From a virus (Duplodnaviria > Heunggongvirae > Uroviricota > Caudoviricetes), in the IMG/VR virus record IMGVR_UViG_2531839665_000026, positions 1 through 13,781 of that record: DNA of 13,781 nucleotides. One strand, 5' to 3'. This document shows, piece after piece, positions 1 through 5,820 of this stretch. The position numbers and the translations under genes are program-made. Each line of letters starts with the position of its first letter. Positions within the stretch are counted from its first letter, which is position 1. The notes under the pieces are model-generated. The model saw only the letters and a list, made by a program, of their open reading frames with translations. It did no database searches and had not been told where the DNA came from.

Positions 1-294
1 GGACATCATGCGAGCGGTCGGCTCAATTTCGGCATACAGTGCCGTGCGGCCTGCCAGCGGGCCATCGGTTATGTCTTCGGTGCTCAACCCCACAACATCG
101 CCCATAGCGGAAAACTCGCTACCGGGGAGTGGTGACAGGATGTGCTCAATATTCACACGTGCACCATAAACGGACGGGTTATAACTGGTGGCGGCAGCTT
201 TCAGCATGTCGCCGTTGATTTCGCGCCCGTCTGCCGTTACACCGGAGACAGCCACGCGAAACTTTTTGCGGGATGTCTTTTTTTCATTAGCCAT
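1..294 (-). CDS. O: Capsid scaffolding protein gpO-like, N-terminal 98 codons only (gene continues beyond left edge)
   Basis: Minus-strand frame is open from ATG at 292-294 to position 1, so it is absent from the ORF track. GAGGGG lies 8 nt upstream of the ATG. Translation begins MANEKKTSRKKFRVAVSGVTADGREINGDMLKAAATSYNPSVYGARVNIEHI..., which resembles the P2 gpO N-terminus as I recall it. It is divergent from P, as in P2. Confidence 0.75.
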   Translation of the reverse strand, partial: MANEKKTSRKKFRVAVSGVTADGREINGDMLKAAATSYNPSVYGARVNIEHILSPLPGSEFSAMGDVVGLSTEDITDGPLAGRTALYAEIEPTARMMS

Positions 295-448
295 AGTTTT
301 TGCCCCTCTGACTGGTTCTTCAGTCATGATGGCAAAGCGTAACAGGCTGATACAAAGGGCTTTTGTTGTAAGAAAACGGCCAGAACAGGGGGTTAAGGAG
401 AACAGTTTCGCGCGCGGGTAATCTTCCTGTAATTACTCAGGGGGAGCA
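295..448. promoter_or_regulatory. Divergent O/P intergenic region, expected site of the late promoters
   Basis: 154-bp gap between divergent start codons (O at 294, P at 449). This is positional inference only: I could not find a clean TGT-N12-ACA activator dyad of the kind described for P2 late promoters. Confidence 0.3.
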
Positions 449-2200
449 ATGATTCAGGACGCTTTTGTGCGCCAGCGTGCGCGGCAACTTTACTGGCAGG
501 GTTATCCGCCCGCAGAAATATCACGTCTGATGGGAATAAACCCGAACACGATTTATGCGTGGAAAAAACGCGACCAGTGGGATGAAACGCCACCCGTGCA
601 GCGTGTCACGCAGTCCATCGATGCGCGCCTCATCCAGCTCACTGAAAAACAGAATAAAACAGGTGGTGACTTCAAGGAAATAGACCTGCTGACCCGGCAG
701 CTTAAAAAACTGCATGATGGCCAGCCGGATGCGACGGCCACAGGAAAGAAAGGCCGGGCGAAAAAACTCAAAAATCATTTCACGCCGGAACAGATTGCCG
801 CACTGCGGGAAAAAATCATCAGCAGGCTGGAGTGGCATCAGCGGGGCTGGTTTGACTCCCTGACCCTTTGCAGGGAAGCCGGGATACGTAACAGGATGAT
901 CCTGAAATCCCGACAGATTGGGGCGACCTGGTATTTTGCACAGGAAGCACTGCTGATGGCGCTGCGTGACGATGTGGCGCAACCTTACCAGCGTAACCAG
1001 ATTTTTTTGTCTGCGTCGCGTCGTCAGGCGTTCCAGTTTAAAAGCATTATTCAGAAGGCCGCGGCTGAAGTTGATGTGGAGCTGAAAGGGGGCGATAAAA
1101 TCATCCTCTCAAACGGCGCAGAGCTGCATTTTCTCGGCACTTCTGCTGCGTCGGCACAGTCCTATACGGGCAATTTTTATTTTGATGAATTTTTCTGGGT
1201 CAGTCGCTTTGCCGAACTGCGCAAGGTGGCTGGCGCTATGGCAACCCTCAGCGGACTGCGGCGCACCTACTTCTCCACGCCATCCACCGAAACGCACGAG
1301 GCATACGCCTACTGGAACGGCGACCGCTGGAACGAGAAAAAGGCCTCGCATAAACGCCAGCGTTTTTCTGTGGACTGGAAAACGCTGCATAACGGGCTTA
1401 TCTGCCCTGACCGGACGTGGCGGCAAATTGTCACGCTGGAAGATGTGGTTAATCACGGCTGGAAACACACCGATATTGACGAAATCCGTGATGAAAACAC
1501 CGAAGACGAGTTCCTCAATCTCTATATGTGTGAGTTTGTTCGCGAAGGGGAATCGGCATTTAACCTGAATATCCTGATTGGCTGCGGTGTTGACGGATAC
1601 GACGACTGGAAAGACTGGAAACCTTTTGCTCCCCGCCCGATGGGGAATCGTCCGGTATGGATTGGGTATGACGCAAACGGCAGCAGTGGCAACGGGGACA
1701 GCGGCGCTGTGTCCGTGGTGGTTCCTCCGGCTGTTCCTGGTGGCCGTTTTCGAACGGTGGAGACGCGACGCGTTCAGGGGCTGGAGTTTGAAGAACAGGC
1801 CAGAGTCATTGAAGAGTTCACGTGTCGCTACAACGTGGAACACATCGGCATTGATGTGACGGGCGGGAACGGGGAGGCTGTTTATCAGATAGTGAAACGG
1901 TTTTTCCCTGCCGCTATTCCGTACACCTTCACGCTGTCATCCAAACGGTCGCTGGTACTGAAAATGCAGCAAATAATGCGTGCCGGACGGTGGGAATACG
2001 ATCGCGCCGAACGCGAGCTGGTCGCGGCCTTTAACGCCGTGCGTAAGGTGAAAACACCGGGTGGCTTTATCACTTACGAAACGGACCGCGCGAGGGGGAT
2101 CAGCCACGGCGACCTTGCGTGGGCAACCATGCTTGCTGTCATTAACGAACCAATTGGCGGCGAAGGAGAAAAACGAGCGTTTCACGGTTATGGAGTTCTG
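449..2200 (+). CDS. P: Terminase large (ATPase/nuclease) subunit gpP-like; no in-frame stop, frame continues into the portal
   Basis: N-terminal HTH-like segment (YWQGYPPAEISRLMGINPNTIYAWKKRDQWDE), Walker A-like KSRQIGATWYF, Walker B-like FYFDEFFW, and acidic nuclease-domain motifs (WIGYDANGSSGNGDSGAVSVV, HGDLAWATMLAV). The 584 codons before the internal ATG at 2201 compare with about 590 aa for P2 gpP. AGGGGG lies 4 nt before the ATG at 449. Confidence 0.85.
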
Positions 2201-3247
2201 ATGAGCAGAAAAAATAAAAAAGTGCGCATGAGTTCACGCATTGATCTCGCTGATGCGCTCAGGAAAGAATCATCGCTCAGTGCATTCACATTTGATGGTC
2301 CTTATCGCCTGACCGGGCATGACCTGCTGGACAATATGTACTGTGCTGATAACGGGCGGTGGTATGAAACCCCGGTGGACTGGTACGGTCTGGCAAGAGC
2401 CGCCCGGCAAACGTCCTGGCATCAGTCTGCGCTTTACTTTAAGCGCAATGTATTGCTCGGTTGCTACATCCCGCACCCGCTGCTTTCCCGGCAGGATTTC
2501 TCGGCGCTGGCGCTGGACTGGTTTGTGTTCGGTAACGCATTCCTTGAGCTTCGGAGCAATATGCTCGGCGAACCACTTAAATTACGGCACGCACTGGCGA
2601 AATACATGCGACGCGGAAGCGATCTTGAATCATGGTGGTATGTGCAGGATGGCAAGGACGCGTTTCAGTTTCGCCCTGGCAAAGTGTGCCACCTGATGAA
2701 TCCGGACATTAACCAGGAAATTTACGGCATGCCGGAATATCTCGGCGCATTACTCTCGGCCAGCCTGTCTCATTCGGCGGACATGTTCAGAAAACTGTAT
2801 TACGACAATGGATCCCACGCCGGGTGCATCATCTACATCGGTGCAGCGCAGGTAAACCGCGAAAGCATGGACTCCCTGAAAGAAACGCTACAGGGTGCGC
2901 GTGGTGGTGGTGCGTTTAAAAACGTGCTCATTCATGCGCCCAACGGGGGCAAAGAGGGGGTGCAAATTTTGCCGTTCCAGCAGATCACCGCAAAGGATGA
3001 GTTCATGAATGTTAAGGCGGCATCCCGTGATGATGTGCTGGCTGCGCACCGCGTTCCGCCGCAACTGATGGGGGCGATGCCGGGTGAAAAAAGTGCGTTT
3101 GGTGATGTGGAGAAGGCCGCGCGGGTTTACGCAATTAACGAGCTGATGCCCGTCATGGAGGCCATGAAGCATATCAATGACTGGCTTGGCGAAGAGGTGA
3201 TCCGATTTAACCCTTACGCACTGCTGGACACCCAGCCCACATCCTGA
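2201..3247 (+). CDS. Q: Portal protein gpQ-like (348 aa if initiated at the internal ATG at 2201)
   Basis: Follows P on the same strand as in P2. ATG at 2201 is preceded by GGAG at 2192-2195 (5-nt spacer). Length of 348 aa compares with about 344 aa for P2 gpQ. It has a basic N-terminus (MSRKNKKVRMSSR) followed by a conserved-looking core. Stop codon TGA at 3245-3247. Confidence 0.7.
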   Translation: MSRKNKKVRMSSRIDLADALRKESSLSAFTFDGPYRLTGHDLLDNMYCADNGRWYETPVDWYGLARAARQTSWHQSALYFKRNVLLGCYIPHPLLSRQDFSALALDWFVFGNAFLELRSNMLGEPLKLRHALAKYMRRGSDLESWWYVQDGKDAFQFRPGKVCHLMNPDINQEIYGMPEYLGALLSASLSHSADMFRKLYYDNGSHAGCIIYIGAAQVNRESMDSLKETLQGARGGGAFKNVLIHAPNGGKEGVQILPFQQITAKDEFMNVKAASRDDVLAAHRVPPQLMGAMPGEKSAFGDVEKAARVYAINELMPVMEAMKHINDWLGEEVIRFNPYALLDTQPTS

Positions 3248-3272
3248 CGCGCTTCGCTTGTCTGCTGCTTCG

Positions 3273-3297
3273 CCGGGGCATAAAAAATTTATGCCCC
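3273..3297. other. Perfect 11-bp-stem hairpin (CGGGGCATAAA / TTTATGCCCCG, loop AAA) 26 nt after the Q stop
   Basis: Inverted repeat read directly. There is no U tract on either side, so it is not a canonical intrinsic terminator. It could be an RNA-stabilising stem or a protein-binding palindrome in the cos-proximal region. Confidence 0.6.
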
Positions 3298-3575
3298 GAC
3301 TCTCCAGCTCCTGTATCAATCAGATAATTTCACGACGTCTTCCAGCTTATCGCCATCATCGACGGTCAGGCTCTTACGCAATCCCACTGCGCTGACTGCA
3401 TGTTCTCGCCGCCTCAGTGCGATTTTGACGGCCTTATCTGCTACCCCATCAAATCAAAAGTCCTCACGTCTTTTTCATGCTCAGCGTGAGAAATACAGCC
3501 ATTCTGTTGTGTCGCTGCGACATCGTTCAGGGGATGCTATTTACCCCCTGAAACGCGGGCTGTTCCCCCGTCACC

Positions 3576-3601
3576 TGCGCGCAGAAAAAGCGCGTTTTTT
3601 T
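3576..3601 (+). terminator. Intrinsic terminator for the P-Q transcript
   Basis: GC stem CGCGC (3578-3582) / GCGCG (3590-3594), loop AGAAAAA, followed by T7 (3595-3601). Confidence 0.6.
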
Positions 3602-3609
3602 GTGCACGC

Positions 3610-3628
3610 ACGGATCCTTGACGGATCC
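3610..3628. repeat. Direct repeat ACGGATCC x2 separated by 3 bp
   Basis: ACGGATCC at 3610-3617 and 3621-3628, immediately after the T-run of the plus-strand terminator. Confidence 0.5.
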
Positions 3629-3671
3629 AACTGCCACGCGGGCCGGAAGGGCAAAAATTCGTTCAAAAAAA

Positions 3672-3698
3672 TTGTGCAAATTTGTGCACTATTGTGCA
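3672..3698. repeat. Three helically phased direct repeats TTGTGCA at exact 10-bp spacing
   Basis: TTGTGCA at 3672-3678, 3682-3688 and 3692-3698. The middle copy contains the palindrome GTGCAC. They lie in the non-coding cos-expected region between Q and the cargo operon. Confidence 0.6.
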
Positions 3699-3705
3699 TT
3701 GAAAT

Positions 3706-3728
3706 AAACGCCCTGGAAGAGGGCGTTT
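3706..3728 (-). terminator. Stem-loop terminator ending the minus-strand cargo operon (partly bidirectional)
   Basis: AAACGCCCT (3706-3714) / AGGGCGTTT (3720-3728), loop GGAAG, 10 nt past the stop of the 112-aa gene. On the minus-strand RNA the stem is followed by AUUUC. Confidence 0.6.
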
Positions 3729-3738
3729 TGGCTCATTT

Positions 3739-4077
3739 CTATAGCTTTGATGCAGGCTGGGCTAGGTCTCCTTTGATGCCAGTGTTTACAACCTGACAAG
3801 CCTCTTTGAGTACCCAGTCAACAGCGTCTTTCCATGCTCCGGTTTCGGCTGGCGGATTCTCACGCTTTACCAGTTCATAGAATCGTACTGCTCTAACCAG
3901 TCCATCTGACGGTTTTGCCTGTAGTGCAGCCTGAGCTATGCGGTATGCCTGGAGCATACGGGCGTCGTTGATATCCATTCCGAACGGAATTTCTGATGAT
4001 TGTGATTCTGCATCTTCAAGCCTGGCAATTTCTTTACGTAAAAAGTATTTCAACTCTTGTTTTTGTTTTCTGTTCAT
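3739..4077 (-). CDS. Hypothetical protein, 112 aa, last gene of the cargo operon
   Basis: ORF with AGGGAA-type SD 6 nt upstream of ATG at 4077. Charged and probably helical ([26 protein letters not shown]...). No family recognised. AT-rich relative to the phage backbone. Confidence 0.55.
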   Translation of the reverse strand: MNRKQKQELKYFLRKEIARLEDAESQSSEIPFGMDINDARMLQAYRIAQAALQAKPSDGLVRAVRFYELVKRENPPAETGAWKDAVDWVLKEACQVVNTGIKGDLAQPASKL

Positions 4078-4405
4078 GCGTTTTTCCCTTTTTGTCTGTC
4101 ACTTCTCTCCTGATAATTTCATTGCACAAATCCACGCACTCATTGCAGATGCAAACAGACGGTCCGGCAATCACCTTTGTGACTTCGTACTGAGATTTAT
4201 TGCAGAAGCTGCAATAAATCGTCTCCTCGCCTGAAGTCCATGTTTTGCTGGTTTCGCCAGACATCAGTTGTTTGAGGTCTTTTTCACGACGAAGAACTAT
4301 CTGGCCACATTCAGCTATTTTTTGGATGTTGACATTTTCTTCTTTCGCCAGCGCTTCCATCCGCTCAATCAGTCGCTGCGCTTTTTCTCTGTCAATGTGT
4401 TGCAT
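4034..4405 (-). CDS. Small protein (123 aa) with a ClpX-type C4 zinc-ribbon domain
   Basis: Residues around 62-100, [39 protein letters not shown], align almost position for position with the N-terminal zinc-binding domain of E. coli ClpX as I recall it ([40 protein letters not shown]). GGGGG SD lies 5 nt before ATG at 4405. The last 44 nt overlap the next gene. Confidence 0.65.
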   Translation of the reverse strand: MQHIDREKAQRLIERMEALAKEENVNIQKIAECGQIVLRREKDLKQLMSGETSKTWTSGEETIYCSFCNKSQYEVTKVIAGPSVCICNECVDLCNEIIRREVTDKKGKTHEQKTKTRVEILFT

Positions 4406-4439
4406 TGTGTCCCCCTTGTTTATGTTCCCGGATTAAAGT

Positions 4440-4463
4440 CATCAGGGCGGATGCGCCCTGATG
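4440..4463. other. Intra-operon perfect hairpin between the parR-like and zinc-ribbon genes
   Basis: CATCAGGGCG (4440-4449) / CGCCCTGATG (4454-4463), loop GATG. A third copy of CGCCCTGAT follows at 4484-4492. Confidence 0.5.
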
Positions 4464-4468
4464 TTGTG

Positions 4469-4780
4469 TTATTCGGGAAATAACGCCCTGATATTTCCGG
4501 CCATCCGACTGGTTATCTGTGTGGTTGGTACTGGCTGTGACGCGGGGCGTTCTGTCCTGGTTTGTGTCACTGATAACGCCTCATCGTCAGCCCATGCAGC
4601 CAGTCGGTAAGCCTCTGCCGGATTCATTTTCAGAAGTGCCAGCCCGGCCAGAAAAGCCACACGTTGGCCGCTTTTGCGGGCTTCTGGTGTAAGGCTGTCC
4701 AGCCAGGCGCATGCTTCGCCTTCGTTCTTGACGGCGGCGGGCTTCAGATAGAAACTTATCCGTCTGGTTGGTGTCGTCAT
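4469..4780 (-). CDS. parR: ParR-like small DNA-binding protein (103 aa from internal ATG)
   Basis: Translation from ATG at 4780 (MTTPTRRISFYLKPAAVKNEGEACAWLDSLTPEARKSGQRVAFLAGLALLKMNP...NIRALFPE) parallels plasmid R1 ParR as I recall it (..RTIAFKLNP...CDTLDSIPQGERSRLNRAALTAGLALYRQDP...NILRSLFPKE). GGAG lies 7 nt upstream, inside the end of parM. There is a 4-nt gap after the parM stop. The upstream 45 codons of the ORF-track entry overlap parM and are not used. Confidence 0.65.
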   Translation of the reverse strand: MTTPTRRISFYLKPAAVKNEGEACAWLDSLTPEARKSGQRVAFLAGLALLKMNPAEAYRLAAWADDEALSVTQTRTERPASQPVPTTQITSRMAGNIRALFPE

Positions 4781-4784
4781 TGGT

Positions 4785-5744
4785 TTACTCCTTGTCCATT
4801 GCGTACAGCCCATTAACCAGAGCAAACTGTGGCACCCCGTCCGCGATGAAAGTCGCATTAACTCCGCAGGCTTCGCGGATAGCGGGTGCCGCAATCTCCG
4901 CCCCGCCACCGACAACCATCACCCGCCCGTAACCCGAAAAACCCGCCAGCGCGCGGATCACTCGTTGTTTCAGTGTTTCTTCCTTTTCACGAATAACCGC
5001 CATCAGGCTGTCGTAATGCGCGTCATTGTGGATGTGCTGGCGCAGCCAGGCTTCATCGTGGCGATGTTCGATAATGGTATTGGCGATATGGTGACTGGTA
5101 CGCATACCGTTAGTGGCCATCACCGACAGTACGGCATCGGCTATCAGGGAAACGCCTACGTGTGGATCGCAAAACACCTGGCTGATACCTGCCAGTTGTC
5201 CCTGGACCTTTGCCACATCCAGCGTGGTTCCGCCTAAATCCACAATCAGCAGGGATTCAAACGGACTCATGTCAGCCAGAGCCTTAAAGCCAGCCGGAAT
5301 GGATTCAGGCATAACCCGCACGTTACGGATAGTGAATGCTTCGCCGTTCTGGTACTCCACCGGGCGCATAACGTTCGCTTTTTTGCGGTTGATGTTGGCC
5401 ATGTCCGGCTGTGCGTTTGTGTCGAAATACTCGCTCAGTGGCAGGGTGACAACCACATCCACCTCCTGTGGCGTGATGCCTGATTTGACCAGTGCGTGAT
5501 GAATGGCAATGACATTCACATCGCTGTATTGGTATTGCGTGTCGGTCGTCTGGACAAAGCGATCGCTGACCGGATCAAAACCGTAGCGCACGCCATCAAG
5601 CATGTAGTTCGCGGGCTGCGTGCCACTGAACGGCGCAGACCATTCCGACTTGAAGCTGTTCGGGCTGATGGCGTTGCGGCGTTCGCCGTTCTCAGTCCAT
5701 GCCAGCTTGATGTTGGTGGAGCCGTCGTCGATACAAATTTTCAT
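4785..5744 (-). CDS. parM: ParM/StbA-like actin-fold segregation ATPase (319 aa)
   Basis: Alignable along its whole length to plasmid R1 ParM (StbA) as I recall it. Shared blocks include IDDGSTNIKL, YSDVNVIAIHHAL, VMPESIPAG, DLGGTTLD and VVGGGAE. Length of 319 aa compares with about 320 aa for R1 ParM. Confidence 0.8.
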   Translation of the reverse strand: MKICIDDGSTNIKLAWTENGERRNAISPNSFKSEWSAPFSGTQPANYMLDGVRYGFDPVSDRFVQTTDTQYQYSDVNVIAIHHALVKSGITPQEVDVVVTLPLSEYFDTNAQPDMANINRKKANVMRPVEYQNGEAFTIRNVRVMPESIPAGFKALADMSPFESLLIVDLGGTTLDVAKVQGQLAGISQVFCDPHVGVSLIADAVLSVMATNGMRTSHHIANTIIEHRHDEAWLRQHIHNDAHYDSLMAVIREKEETLKQRVIRALAGFSGYGRVMVVGGGAEIAAPAIREACGVNATFIADGVPQFALVNGLYAMDKE

Positions 5745-5776
5745 GTCGCTTTTCCTTATGTTGATTAATTAATCGT

Positions 5777-5811
5777 TTACGGGATTCTGAAATCCCGTTT
5801 TTGCCTGTTTT
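5777..5811. repeat. Repeat R1: 35-bp hairpin-containing unit in the A/parM intergenic space (candidate parC-like site or promoter)
   Basis: TTACGGGATTCTGAAATCCCGTTTTTGCCTGTTTT. The internal stem ACGGGAT/ATCCCGT is followed by a T-rich tail on the plus strand. Confidence 0.6.
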
Positions 5812-5820
5812 GTGCGCGCT

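Noticed and set aside
295-448. TGT-N12-ACA late-promoter activator dyad between O and P
   Set aside because: No exact occurrence with 12-nt spacing was found. Only the positional expectation remains, so no specific site is called.
521-982. 153-aa and 72-aa minus-strand ORFs overlapping the 5' part of P
   Set aside because: They are antisense to the terminase ATPase domain and have no independent support.
1109-1843. 244-aa minus-strand ORF inside the terminase gene
   Set aside because: It lies entirely antisense to a well-supported coding region (P) and has low-complexity, Arg/His-rich composition with no RBS context. It is a shadow ORF.
3248-3738. Search for P2/P4- or 186-type 19-nt cohesive-end sequence
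   Set aside because: No convincing match was found by eye on either strand in this interval or elsewhere in the window. This is recorded as an open question under findings, not as a feature.
3425-3796. 123-aa plus-strand ORF in the cos-expected region
   Set aside because: It spans two terminator hairpins and the phased repeats and reads into the cargo operon on the opposite strand. It has no RBS and an implausible composition.
4781-4915. Upstream 45 codons of the 148-codon ORF-track entry for the parR-like gene
   Set aside because: This extension overlaps the 3' end of parM out of frame. The internal ATG at 4780 has a proper SD and gives a ParR-sized product that aligns with ParR from its first residues.
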